From the NCBI GenBank assembly GCA_964558935.1, contig CAZLFP010000004.1, positions 28,001-92,000 of the forward strand: a stretch of DNA of 64,000 nucleotides. The letters are read 5' to 3'. Made by a program: the position numbers and the translations under genes. This stretch comes from an uncultured Gammaproteobacteria bacterium (GTDB taxonomy: Bacteria > Patescibacteriota > Patescibacteriia > 2-01-FULL-39-33). The notes below the pieces were generated by a model. That model worked only from the letters and a program-made list of their open reading frames with translations. It ran no database searches and was not told the origin of the DNA. Every line of letters begins with the position of its first letter. The stretch's first letter is position 1. This document shows, piece after piece, positions 27,520-36,889 of this stretch.

Positions 27520-28662
27520 CTATGTCTGTATCTTAACAAACTCCATTAAACTATTCAAATAACCGTCAATACGGTAGTTTTCAGCCTGGTTTAAGCAATG
27601 CGAACGCATATTTCTGAGCTGTTGCTTACTTAAAGCAGTTAAGGCTGACTGCCAATCATCCTGGACAATCCAGCCCGTGACATCCTGCTTGACTAATTCC
27701 GGCAAGGCTCCCCGGTTGGACACCATCACTGGCACTCCTTGAGCATATGCTTCAATTACCACCATGCCAAAACTTTCTTGCGTTAAACTGGGATTAATAA
27801 GGATATCTATCATCGGCCAAATCTGCGACTGAATTTGTTCAGATGTTAATCTGCCATAAAAACGAATCTTTTTACCGGCCAATGCTTTTGCTTGTTGCAA
27901 GACAGAACCATCCCCAACCACATGCAAGATTAAATCTTTGTCTAAGCCGTTAACCACTTGAATTAAGTCTAATATTCCCTTGTACTCTTCCACTTGACCT
28001 AAAAACAAAGCCTGAATGGTAGGCGTTGACTTAATGTCTGGTGCTGTGACGGGTGAAATGCTGGGCAAAGGATTGGGAACAATCCCTGATTGAGATTTAG
28101 GAAAATAGCCTAACCGATCATACACTGACTTTAGATATTGGGATGGAAAAATCACCACCGAAGATGAATTAAACAATCTTTTACACACCCAGCTGTATAT
28201 CCTACTCAAACCGGTTAACTTGGCGGGCAATAAGCCTGAGGGATGTATTAACTGCATATCATGCAAGGTGTGGATATGCTTCACACCCAATGACTTAATA
28301 ACCCAAGGCGTGTAATAGCCCAAACCTTTCAAATTATGGGTTAATACCAAATCCGGCTGAATCTTGTTAAGAGCCCGAAACATTTTCCAAGCCTGAACAT
28401 CATTAAAAGTGTCTATGATATGCCAGATGAATCTTAACCAAACTGGCTTAGAATTAATATCCAAAAAATTAAAAACATTAAAAGGTGTCAGATAATGCAC
28501 CTCGACTCCATTTATGTTTTTTGTTTCATTCCGGTAGCCAAGACATATCACACTAACTCGATGACCAGCTTGTTGTAAGCCCGCCACCACAGTTGATACC
28601 ACTCTTTCCGCCCCGCCCCGGGTGTATGGCTGGTAGATGGAATGAATAACCGTTACTTTCAT
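27520..28662 (-). CDS. Family-4 glycosyltransferase (GT-B)
   Basis: It has the C-terminal EX7E block (ESFGMVVIEAYAQGVPVMVS...G) and an N-terminal GT4 domain. Confidence 0.8.
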   Translation of the reverse strand: MKVTVIHSIYQPYTRGGAERVVSTVVAGLQQAGHRVSVICLGYRNETKNINGVEVHYLTPFNVFNFLDINSKPVWLRFIWHIIDTFNDVQAWKMFRALNKIQPDLVLTHNLKGLGYYTPWVIKSLGVKHIHTLHDMQLIHPSGLLPAKLTGLSRIYSWVCKRLFNSSSVVIFPSQYLKSVYDRLGYFPKSQSGIVPNPLPSISPVTAPDIKSTPTIQALFLGQVEEYKGILDLIQVVNGLDKDLILHVVGDGSVLQQAKALAGKKIRFYGRLTSEQIQSQIWPMIDILINPSLTQESFGMVVIEAYAQGVPVMVSNRGALPELVKQDVTGWIVQDDWQSALTALSKQQLRNMRSHCLNQAENYRIDGYLNSLMEFVKIQT

Positions 28663-29066
28663 GCTCGAATTATTTTATATCGATACCAAAACAAACTGAT
28701 ACAACTGCCAGCAATATCCAGCAGCCAATCACTCAGATGAGATTCCCTGCCCGGCACAAAAAATTGGTGAAACTCATCCGTTAAACCGTAAAAAACAGCA
28801 ATTAGAAAACCAAAAACCAAAGCTTTGTTGGTTTTAATCCCTGAAGAAATGAACGCTCTCATTAACAGAGCTGCTAAAACAGCATAATTAATCACATGTA
28901 CAATGGATGAAATGAAATTAAAATCTTGGTCACTTAAAGTTTGAGTGCCAGGCAGACTGCTAATGGAGGATGAGATAAAAATAACCGTCATCCAAAGTAT
29001 GGCCAAAAACCAATTTAAGATAATTAAATTATCTTTTTTCTTTTTCCAATCCAGCATAAATTTCAA
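28659..29066 (-). CDS. VanZ-like family membrane protein
   Basis: It has about 4 TM helices and is 135 aa, matching the VanZ-like fold that is common in glycan loci. This is not evidence of glycopeptide resistance. Confidence 0.5.
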   Translation of the reverse strand: MKFMLDWKKKKDNLIILNWFLAILWMTVIFISSSISSLPGTQTLSDQDFNFISSIVHVINYAVLAALLMRAFISSGIKTNKALVFGFLIAVFYGLTDEFHQFFVPGRESHLSDWLLDIAGSCISLFWYRYKIIRA

Positions 29067-30213
29067 GTAATTTTTTAATTACGATATCCCAACTGTACTT
29101 TTGAGCATAGACAGCAGCTGCTCGAGCTAAATCCGCTTGCAGTTGAGGTCGACTTAAGATTTTAATCACCTTGTTGGTTAATTCCTGGTCATCCTTGGGC
29201 TTGACCAAATAACCGGTTCTTTCCGGGACTAAGGTGGTTCTAACTCCCGGCCAATCTGAAACCACCACCGGCAAACCGCAAGCTTGAGCTTCAGCCACCA
29301 CAATGCCAAAGCTTTCAGTAGAAGCCGTGGAAGGTAATATGAAAACATCTGCTAAGCGGTAATAATCTGGCAACTCATTATTGTTAATCCAGCCTAAAAA
29401 TATGACCCGCTCTGCAATACCCAGCTGTTTAACCTGTTTTTCGTACTTGGCTCTTAAATCGCCGTCTCCCACCACCAGTAGCTTTAAATGCTGCTGACTC
29501 TTTTCCATCTGCACAACAGCTCTTAAGAGCACTTCCAAACCTTTGAAATAGTGCTGGCGATCCAACCCGCCCACAAAGATCAGCACCTTATCCTGTTCTC
29601 TTAAGCCTAAACTGGTTTGTAAAACAGGGTCTTTGGATCCAAGTTTAAATATTTTGGTATCGATGGCGTTGGGCAGTTCTACAAACTTATCCGGATATTT
29701 GGCTAAATAAGTCTTCAAATATGAATTCTGAGCATGATCAAAAGACAAAACTCCCACTTTATCTACCCGCCTGATGATACCACCTAAGAAAAGCTTGAAA
29801 TACAGATAAAAGATCAGCTTGGTTAATCCTCGACCGATTGGATCCATCTGGTAGTGTAAAACCACTTTTGTCTCAGGATGTTTGCGTTTAAAGCGCTTAA
29901 CAACCAAGTCTGTGCCGAAAAATGGATGGTACACATGAACCAGGTTAAATGGCTTCAGCTTGTATCTTAAATCCAGCAACCAGCCGGCTTTGCCAATGGT
30001 CAGAGTAACCGGTAAATACTCTATTTCAAAATCAGGATTCGCAATTTTATTAACACCGGGATAATCCGGTGTAAAGATGGTCACGGCATAGCCCAGTTTG
30101 GCCAATTGCTTGGCCTGGTAATAGGCATTATTACCAATGCCACCGCCCTGAGGCGGCAGTGCACACACTACGATAGCAATTTTAGGTTTGTTTTTTACCA
30201 TAATATAATCCAC
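29029..30213 (-). CDS. Family-4 glycosyltransferase
   Basis: ESFGIVVAEAQACGLPVVVSDWPG...G. Confidence 0.8.
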   Translation of the reverse strand: MDYIMVKNKPKIAIVVCALPPQGGGIGNNAYYQAKQLAKLGYAVTIFTPDYPGVNKIANPDFEIEYLPVTLTIGKAGWLLDLRYKLKPFNLVHVYHPFFGTDLVVKRFKRKHPETKVVLHYQMDPIGRGLTKLIFYLYFKLFLGGIIRRVDKVGVLSFDHAQNSYLKTYLAKYPDKFVELPNAIDTKIFKLGSKDPVLQTSLGLREQDKVLIFVGGLDRQHYFKGLEVLLRAVVQMEKSQQHLKLLVVGDGDLRAKYEKQVKQLGIAERVIFLGWINNNELPDYYRLADVFILPSTASTESFGIVVAEAQACGLPVVVSDWPGVRTTLVPERTGYLVKPKDDQELTNKVIKILSRPQLQADLARAAAVYAQKYSWDIVIKKLLEIYAGLEKEKR

Positions 30214-31244
30214 TTAACCAGATAAAAATAAGCTTCCATGATGGGATTGACCAAATATTTTAAAATTGGATTATCTATTTCCTGAAATTTAATCGACCCC
30301 ACATATAGTTTCAATATTTGCCTGTCCTTAACCTTTCTTAATCTAAATTGAACTTCCAAACGTCTAGCTAAGATAGAAGGCAGATGCTGACACAGAGATA
30401 CATACCCTTTTAATTTTTCCAACAGCCAGCCGTTTTTAAAGGCAAACAGCAAAATACCCAGTTCCATAAACAACCAAGCCGGCATTAAAATAAACAAAGT
30501 CAGGCAGCGGTAATTCTGCAACATAACCATAATTCTGTTGCGGTCCATATAAAAAAACTTGTACTTGGCTTTGGAATAATTATATTGGTGGTAACAGACG
30601 GCCAGAGGATCGACTTGTGTTAAATAACCGGCTAAGTTTAGTCTCCAACCCAAATCCACATCTTCATGATACATAAAGAGCTTGTCGTCAAAAAGACCGA
30701 TCTTTTTTAGTACTGACATTCTAAGCAAGCAAGCTGCCCCCGAAACATAGGGAGCTGCAAAAACCTTGCCCTCATCCACCCTATCCAATTCCCGGTAATG
30801 ATTGCAGAAAGCAAAGCCCAAGAAATGAATACTGTTACCCAAGCTATTTATACGATTGGTTTCCGGATACAACAGAATCTTGGGTTGCAGAGCGGCGACT
30901 TTTGTATTTTTTTCCAAGTGATTGACCAAGCGCATTAAACAGTTTCTTTCCAACATGGCATCATCATTTAACAGAAACAAATAGTCAGACTGATGCTTGG
31001 TGGCTAAAAAATAGGCTTGATTATTCGCTTCAGCAAAGCCCCGGTTGAAATAGTTCTCAACAACTTTAACTTGCGGGTATTTTTCCTTGACAAAACCGAC
31101 TGAACTGTCGGCTGAGCCATTATCCACCACGACCACTTTGAGCAAAGACTTGGGATAATTGGATTCAAAAACCGAAGCTAAAGACTTTTCCAACTTTAGC
31201 CTGGAGTTAAAACTAATAATGGCAATAGTGATTTTTTTATTCAT
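30195..31244 (-). CDS. Family-2 glycosyltransferase
   Basis: ITIAIISFNS...VVVVDNGSADSS and LLNDDA (DxD). Confidence 0.8.
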   Translation of the reverse strand: MNKKITIAIISFNSRLKLEKSLASVFESNYPKSLLKVVVVDNGSADSSVGFVKEKYPQVKVVENYFNRGFAEANNQAYFLATKHQSDYLFLLNDDAMLERNCLMRLVNHLEKNTKVAALQPKILLYPETNRINSLGNSIHFLGFAFCNHYRELDRVDEGKVFAAPYVSGAACLLRMSVLKKIGLFDDKLFMYHEDVDLGWRLNLAGYLTQVDPLAVCYHQYNYSKAKYKFFYMDRNRIMVMLQNYRCLTLFILMPAWLFMELGILLFAFKNGWLLEKLKGYVSLCQHLPSILARRLEVQFRLRKVKDRQILKLYVGSIKFQEIDNPILKYLVNPIMEAYFYLVKWIILW

Positions 31245-32115
31245 CTGACCAATCTTGTTCGGTATAGTATTTAGCAGCTAAACCGTTAGTTAAGAGCCTC
31301 AATTCAGACGCTTCTTGGTCTGTAACATGTTTTTTCCAATTCTTAACCAACTGAGAACTGTCTCTATTTAAATCCAATTCTTGACCGGGTGTGGCTTCCA
31401 CTTGATTATGTCCGCCGGAAGATTTGATAATCTGCTGTTCAATCTCTGATGTCATGTTCAAACCCAGACTCAGATACATTCTCTTAAACTCAGCTACGGG
31501 CTGCAAAGATACATCTTCATGCCGGACAACAATCCAATCCGGATGTTGAACCAGATACCGATCTAAAACATGGTAAATGCACAGCCAAAGGGTAGCTGCT
31601 TCCTCGACAAAAGATTTATGTTCTTTGACAATTAAACTTCGGTAGTCTGCCAAATAATCTGCCATCAGTCTGTCTTGTTTGCTGAAATTAGCAAAATCAA
31701 AATGCCAGTTTACTCTTTTTAGCGAAGCATAAAAAGCAGCCGGATGTCTGACAATAACCACCACTTGCATATTGAACTTCCTGGCCAGCCAATCTGCTGA
31801 CATACAAGCAATGGGATCTTTAAGCAAAGGCCTCTTAACACCGGGGAGAAATGCGTTTGACCAATATTTCAAAGCTGGCAGATTAACAGGAATGTCTCCT
31901 TTAAACTTAAGCAATTTATCTATGGCCTGAACATATGAATCTTGGTTGTCTTGGTTGATGTATAAAAACCAGTCCTTAATCTGCTTCAGGCCAATCTTGG
32001 GATTGAAAGGTTCGGAGATATATTTGACTTCTCTGGGCAAAGCTAATATCTTACCGATCCAAGTGCTGCCGGAACGATGTGAACCGGTGACTAAAATGGG
32101 TTTTGGTTTATTCAT
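31237..32115 (-). CDS. Sulfotransferase-family protein (PAPS-dependent)
   Basis: It has the 5'-PSB P-loop-like motif ILVTGSHRSGSTWIGKIL and a 3'-PB-like block (VVIVRHPAAFYASL). Confidence 0.65.
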   Translation of the reverse strand: MNKPKPILVTGSHRSGSTWIGKILALPREVKYISEPFNPKIGLKQIKDWFLYINQDNQDSYVQAIDKLLKFKGDIPVNLPALKYWSNAFLPGVKRPLLKDPIACMSADWLARKFNMQVVVIVRHPAAFYASLKRVNWHFDFANFSKQDRLMADYLADYRSLIVKEHKSFVEEAATLWLCIYHVLDRYLVQHPDWIVVRHEDVSLQPVAEFKRMYLSLGLNMTSEIEQQIIKSSGGHNQVEATPGQELDLNRDSSQLVKNWKKHVTDQEASELRLLTNGLAAKYYTEQDWSDE

Positions 32116-32431
32116 CTTTTAAAGCGTCTTGTCTGACTAGGTTAGTAATGTTTTTCTCCATTTTTTCAATCCTCATCAGCAACCGATACAGTAAATAGAA
32201 AATCACCAGAATGGAGACGTAGATAACCAGATCAACCCCTCGACCAATACCCACTCTATCAGCTAGATAGGAAGTGATTTTAGGATAGGCTATGACAACG
32301 ATGGCAGTCAAACCAACTGCCAACCAGGTTATGAACTGACTGAAGTTAATCTGTTTTTTGTAAACTTGGTATAACAATCTTAAACAGAATAAACCAATTA
32401 TAGGAATTAAGATGACTTGGATAATTAACAT
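32108..32431 (-). CDS. Small 3-TM membrane protein (DUF2304-like, a frequent partner of GT2 polyprenyl-phosphate glycosyltransferases)
   Basis: It is 107 aa with three hydrophobic helices and the motif ADRVGIGRGVDLVIY. Confidence 0.4.
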   Translation of the reverse strand: MLIIQVILIPIIGLFCLRLLYQVYKKQINFSQFITWLAVGLTAIVVIAYPKITSYLADRVGIGRGVDLVIYVSILVIFYLLYRLLMRIEKMEKNITNLVRQDALKDE

Positions 32432-32437
32432 ATAATC

Positions 32438-34381
32438 TTAGATTAAGCCTAACTCTTTTTTACGATCAATAATTCGTTTGCGAATATCTCCCTCAACTGT
32501 CACCCATTGTTTTCTTTTAGCTAAAGCATCAATGACTTGTTCGGAAGCATATTCCAACCCAGTGAGGAATAAATGTCCTTTGTGTTTAACAAACATTTTA
32601 GCTTGCTGTTCAGTTATAGTGGCTAAGCCACTTAAATCTATGTCTGCCCGACTCTTGACTAAAATCTTAACTACTTCTTCTGACACTCTTCTGACAGCAC
32701 TCAAATTCATGAATCTGAGTTTACTTTTAACCAGATTTTGGGCCATATCTGGAGTTAATTGCTGCAGATCCTCTAGGTTGGCGATTTCTCTTTTTTCAAT
32801 CGCTTTCTTGGCTTGTTGATGAGCTCGATCAAAAATTTCTAATTCCAATAATCTTCTGGCTTGCTTTCTAATCCCATATGCTCTGGGCAGATACGTTAGT
32901 AAGTTGTCTATATCCTCTTGATTATCCTGCCACATGCGCCGACTGGTCACCTGTGATCTTATCCTATCTGAGACTTCTCGCAATGAGTCTAAAACCTGCC
33001 AAGCTGACTTAGCACCGGCAGTGGAAGGTATTTCACCCAATTCAGATATGAAATGATCCAATTCCTCCAGAGATAAACAACGGGCAGCAGCGGATTCCCT
33101 GGCTTCTCTAACCCTTCTTTCTTCAACAGCATCAATTTTTTCAGGCCTAGCACCAGCCAGTTCTTTATTTAAAAGTTCTCGCACCTTACGTCTCAGACCA
33201 AACATTCTGGGAATACGGTCCAAATCCCTGGCTACTGCTTCACATTGACTGTTCCATTCGTGAATACTACTCACTTTAGCATCGATTTGCATCGCTACAT
33301 CCCTGATGATTTCAATCGCTTTTTCACCTGTCATATCTCCGGCTGTACTTGGCACGATCTCAACTTCAAGCAGGAGATCATATAATTCTTCCAAACTTTC
33401 AGCTTGAGCAATGCCAGCTTCCGGTGTTTTGTGTGTTTCTACATCTGGTTCTTCTTCAGCTGGCTGCTTATCAAATTGCGGCTCATCGACCGCTTGTGAT
33501 AATTCCTGAACAGCCTGTGCCGGTTGTTGAGTAAAGGGATCAGGTGCTGCAAATTGATGGGCACAATATGGACAAATAGCAAGAGTTTTTTTAATCAGGC
33601 GACCGCAGTCTGGACAAGAATGAAGATTGTCATTTTCATCCTGAGACCGTTCTTCTGCCTGTTGACTCAATTCATCCAGCGGTACCGACGGTTCATTATC
33701 TTTTTCACTCACCTGTGTCCCTCGCTCATAACCACAATACGGACAAAAATTCCAGGCTTTGTGAATCACCACTCTGCCGCAATCCGGACAGTTATTTTCC
33801 TGTTCTGTCAGTTCAGATTTCTGTTCTTTTAAACTCAACGCCTGAGCTGCATCCTCTGGTTCAACAGAGGCTTGTACAGGTTCTGGTTGTTCAACTGCCT
33901 GTTGACCGGAACTCTCAGCTGCGTCAATTACCTGCGTACCTGTATTCTTTTCAATGTGACAAGTTGCTCCCGACGCTAATTCCACCATACACCCCATGGC
34001 TCGGTCAATCTCCAAATGACTGTCACTGGCTACCTTAAAGAGACTGCCCCTGGCGACTTCAACTCGACCCTGACAATTATCTCCAATTTCAATCGGAGAA
34101 CCATCCACTGAATCAAAAGTAAAGCGAGAGTTTGGTCCAATACCAATCCTTGAACCTTGCACTAAGGTGACTGATAATTCATTCTTGCCGGCCGTTTCTA
34201 AATTGGAGCCTTGTATCTCTTCCGCATTTAAGCTTGCTCCTTGGGACAATTCCAAATTACTGCCTTCAATCCGCTCATAGTCTGCCGCTTCATCTGCCTC
34301 AATCTTGAAATCAACATCTTTCAAGCTATTGGCTTGTTGTTCCGGTTGACTGCTTGGCAGCTCTGATTTATGAAATGGCAT
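32438..34381 (-). CDS. Multidomain protein (647 aa). It has a bactofilin-like beta-helical repeat domain, two CPxCG...CPYC zinc ribbons, acidic linkers, and a C-terminal tandem ~100-aa alpha-helical repeat. Function unknown.
   Basis: Residues ~70-150 show G-punctuated beta-strand repeats (IGIGPNSRFTFDSVDGSPIEIGDNCQGRVEVARGSLFKVASDSHLEI...) like bactofilin/DUF583. The zinc ribbons are CPDCGRVVIHKAWNFCPYCG and CPDCGRLIKKTLAICPYCA. An internal repeat is visible (EELYDLLLEVEIVPSTAG... / LEELDHFISELGEIPSTAG...). Confidence 0.5.
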   Translation of the reverse strand: MPFHKSELPSSQPEQQANSLKDVDFKIEADEAADYERIEGSNLELSQGASLNAEEIQGSNLETAGKNELSVTLVQGSRIGIGPNSRFTFDSVDGSPIEIGDNCQGRVEVARGSLFKVASDSHLEIDRAMGCMVELASGATCHIEKNTGTQVIDAAESSGQQAVEQPEPVQASVEPEDAAQALSLKEQKSELTEQENNCPDCGRVVIHKAWNFCPYCGYERGTQVSEKDNEPSVPLDELSQQAEERSQDENDNLHSCPDCGRLIKKTLAICPYCAHQFAAPDPFTQQPAQAVQELSQAVDEPQFDKQPAEEEPDVETHKTPEAGIAQAESLEELYDLLLEVEIVPSTAGDMTGEKAIEIIRDVAMQIDAKVSSIHEWNSQCEAVARDLDRIPRMFGLRRKVRELLNKELAGARPEKIDAVEERRVREARESAAARCLSLEELDHFISELGEIPSTAGAKSAWQVLDSLREVSDRIRSQVTSRRMWQDNQEDIDNLLTYLPRAYGIRKQARRLLELEIFDRAHQQAKKAIEKREIANLEDLQQLTPDMAQNLVKSKLRFMNLSAVRRVSEEVVKILVKSRADIDLSGLATITEQQAKMFVKHKGHLFLTGLEYASEQVIDALAKRKQWVTVEGDIRKRIIDRKKELGLI

Positions 34382-34390
34382 ATGATTGAT

Positions 34391-35041
34391 TTATTTTTTA
34401 ATCATTAAATCCCAAACTATTTTAAAAGAATTTAATATGCTCTGCCCATATTCGTGGTAAGTAATGGTAACCGGCACTTCTGTGTACTTTAGCTGATGAT
34501 CTGCTATTTCATTCAGTAATTCTGAGGCATAGGCTTGGCGGTCTTGAATTAGATTTATTTTTCTCAATGCTGACCGACTCCAAGCCTGAAAACCATTGTG
34601 CACATCTGTCAACCTTAAACCCGTAAGAATACGAGTGAATTGCAAAGCCAGTTTCAGAGTAATTTTTTTGGATATGGGCAGATTCTTAGCTCGACCCAAG
34701 AACCTGGAACCCAGAGCCACTTCAAATTTGTTGAGCAAAAGAGGCTCCAAAACTTTGTTAATTTCATCGGCTCTCATTTGGCCGTCCGCATCAAAAAAAA
34801 CTAAGTACTCATATTCTTTTTTGAAAAAAAACTCTATCCCGGTTTTCAAAGCCGCTCCCTGTCCCCTGTTCAGTTTATGAACCAAAACTTTAGCTCCGGC
34901 TTGACGGGCCAAACTGACTGTCTGATCCTTGGAACCATCGTCCACCACCAAGACGTCATAACCCTGCTGTTGAACACTCTTAACCACCGCAGATATCTGA
35001 TCTGCTTCATTGTAGGCTGGAATTAAGACTAAAGTTGACAT
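34391..35041 (-). CDS. Small family-2 glycosyltransferase (polyprenyl-phosphate sugar synthase / DPM1-like)
   Basis: LVLIPAYNEADQI...VLVVDDGSKDQT and a length of 216 aa. Confidence 0.75.
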   Translation of the reverse strand: MSTLVLIPAYNEADQISAVVKSVQQQGYDVLVVDDGSKDQTVSLARQAGAKVLVHKLNRGQGAALKTGIEFFFKKEYEYLVFFDADGQMRADEINKVLEPLLLNKFEVALGSRFLGRAKNLPISKKITLKLALQFTRILTGLRLTDVHNGFQAWSRSALRKINLIQDRQAYASELLNEIADHQLKYTEVPVTITYHEYGQSILNSFKIVWDLMIKK

Positions 35042-35416
35042 TTATTCCTGATTAAATTCTTCCAATTTATCTAAAGCTATAATTTTGGTTATATAGCCGT
35101 CTAAACCAATATCATCAGTTAATTCAGAAAAATATATTTTTTTCTTTAAAGCTAAAGCATAACCTAATTCCAGTTTACAACTGGTACCCATATAGCCTGC
35201 CGGGAGTATGAAATAGACGGCTTCAGATTCTTCAATTGCCTTAAAATGATCCCAGGCAAATTTATTTTTTTCTTGAATGGTTTGAGCTGAATCTTCACTC
35301 TCAGGATTTAATTCCAAATTGGGAAACAAAGGCGTTTGTCCCAATTGCCGTAATCTATCCATAGCATCCACTACCAGTTGCCTGTATTTCATACTGGCAC
35401 ATAAAGTAATTGTCAT
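35042..35416 (-). CDS. Nucleoside 2-deoxyribosyltransferase-like fold protein
   Basis: The motif YFILPAGYMGTSCKLELGYALALKKKIY resembles the GTxxExGYAxAxxKP catalytic block of the NDT/PF05014-like family. Confidence 0.4.
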   Translation of the reverse strand: MTITLCASMKYRQLVVDAMDRLRQLGQTPLFPNLELNPESEDSAQTIQEKNKFAWDHFKAIEESEAVYFILPAGYMGTSCKLELGYALALKKKIYFSELTDDIGLDGYITKIIALDKLEEFNQE

Positions 35417-35425
35417 ATATACAGA

Positions 35426-36439
35426 TTATTTCCCGGGCTCCAACACCCCTTTCTGGGCGCTTAGATAATCGACAGTTTCATTTAAACCTTCATCGATTAG
35501 AATGATCGGAAACCAACCCAAGTTTTCCTTGGCTTGAGCTATACTCATAATCGGTTGGGGTGCCATATTGACGGTTGGTTTTTGGTATTTAATCTTAGAG
35601 TCGGATTTGGTTAATTGAATGATTTTTTGAGCAATCTCAGTAAAAGATGTTTTCCAATCTGAAGCCAAGTTAATCGGACCAACTTCATTGCTGGCCATTA
35701 ATTTAACCAATCCCTTAATGAGATCTGAGATGTAGAAGTAAGCACCGGTCGAATCTTTGTCTCCGTAAATGATAACCGGTTCATTGTTGACTGCCGCTTT
35801 AATCATCTCCGGAATCATGCGTCCGTCGTTAAGACGCATACGAGGACCATAGCAATTGGAAATTCTAACGATCTTGGTATCCAAGTTATGGACCTGACGG
35901 TAATTTTCAACCAAAGCCTCACCAAATCTCTGACCCTCAGCAAAACAGGCTCTGGAATCAAGCTGGTTGACTTTGCCAACGTAATCTTCGGTCACTGCTT
36001 TTTTTATCTCGACTTGACCATAAACGGCCGGAGAAGACGCATACACCAATTGAGCTTTGTATTTAACCGCTAAATCCAAAACGTTTTTCAGGCCCAAAGA
36101 ATTAATGAGCAATGTTTCAATGGGATACTTGGTGTAATCTGCCGGAGAAGTGGGTGAACCTAAAAAATAGATTTCTTGCAAACCTTGGAATTCAATTCTA
36201 AACTCATTCAAACCGGGTTGCTTTTCCAGATCAAGTGGATTGACAATGTCATGTTTAATCAATTCAAAATCCGGATTCTGCAACAGATGGGCAATGTTAT
36301 CTTCATCACCGGTTAAAAAATTATCTAAACAAATAACCTTGTTGGATGCAATTAATTCATCGCACAAATGAGAACCAACAAAACCCGCCCCTCCAATGAC
36401 TAGGATATTTTTTTTGTCAAAAATGGCTTTGGGAGACAT
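35426..36439 (-). CDS. NAD-dependent sugar-nucleotide epimerase/dehydratase (short-chain dehydrogenase), UDP-glucuronate decarboxylase (UXS)-like
   Basis: It has the Rossmann motif ILVIGGAGFVGSHL, VICLDNFLTGDEDNI...FELIKHDI as in UXS/ArnA-type enzymes, and a catalytic YxxxK region. Confidence 0.7.
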   Translation of the reverse strand: MSPKAIFDKKNILVIGGAGFVGSHLCDELIASNKVICLDNFLTGDEDNIAHLLQNPDFELIKHDIVNPLDLEKQPGLNEFRIEFQGLQEIYFLGSPTSPADYTKYPIETLLINSLGLKNVLDLAVKYKAQLVYASSPAVYGQVEIKKAVTEDYVGKVNQLDSRACFAEGQRFGEALVENYRQVHNLDTKIVRISNCYGPRMRLNDGRMIPEMIKAAVNNEPVIIYGDKDSTGAYFYISDLIKGLVKLMASNEVGPINLASDWKTSFTEIAQKIIQLTKSDSKIKYQKPTVNMAPQPIMSIAQAKENLGWFPIILIDEGLNETVDYLSAQKGVLEPGK

Positions 36440-36448
36440 ATGAATATA

Positions 36449-36889
36449 TTATGTATTATTGACTGTTGCAACGGACTTGAAAGTCCATGCTTTGTTTAAA
36501 GAAAAATTGAACAGACCGACTGTCACAGATACAATGATTTTAGCCAGCAGGTCATAAATATTTAAATAATCCACCGTTAAGAACAACAAGGTTAGATTTA
36601 ATGCCGCGCTGATGGAGTTGGCTGTAAAGAACTTGATGTATTGTCGTCTTAAATCTGTACCAGTATGACGAAAAGTCCATTTGCGATTGATGTAAAAACT
36701 CCAAGATACGACTATTATGAAAGAACAGAGGGCTGCTAATAAATACTGCAAATGACAGATTCGAGTCAAAAACCAGTAAAAACCAATGTCCAAAAAAACA
36801 TTGCCCACTCCGACCACTCCATATTTGGTCATCTGTTTGGTGACAGGATACCGTTTGAAAAGATAGAAATTTCTAACCTTAGAGATCAT
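36449..36889 (-). CDS. GtrA-family membrane protein (polyprenol-linked sugar translocation-associated)
   Basis: KYGVVGVGNVFLDIGFYWFL... with 4 TM helices. I chose the internal Met start to avoid overlap with the subtilase gene. Confidence 0.6.
   Translation of the reverse strand: MISKVRNFYLFKRYPVTKQMTKYGVVGVGNVFLDIGFYWFLTRICHLQYLLAALCSFIIVVSWSFYINRKWTFRHTGTDLRRQYIKFFTANSISAALNLTLLFLTVDYLNIYDLLAKIIVSVTVGLFNFSLNKAWTFKSVATVNNT

Noticed and set aside
28659-29066. The VanZ-like protein as evidence of glycopeptide resistance.
   Set aside because: The VanZ-like fold is widespread in envelope/glycan loci without van genes, and no vanHAX/vanRS genes are present.
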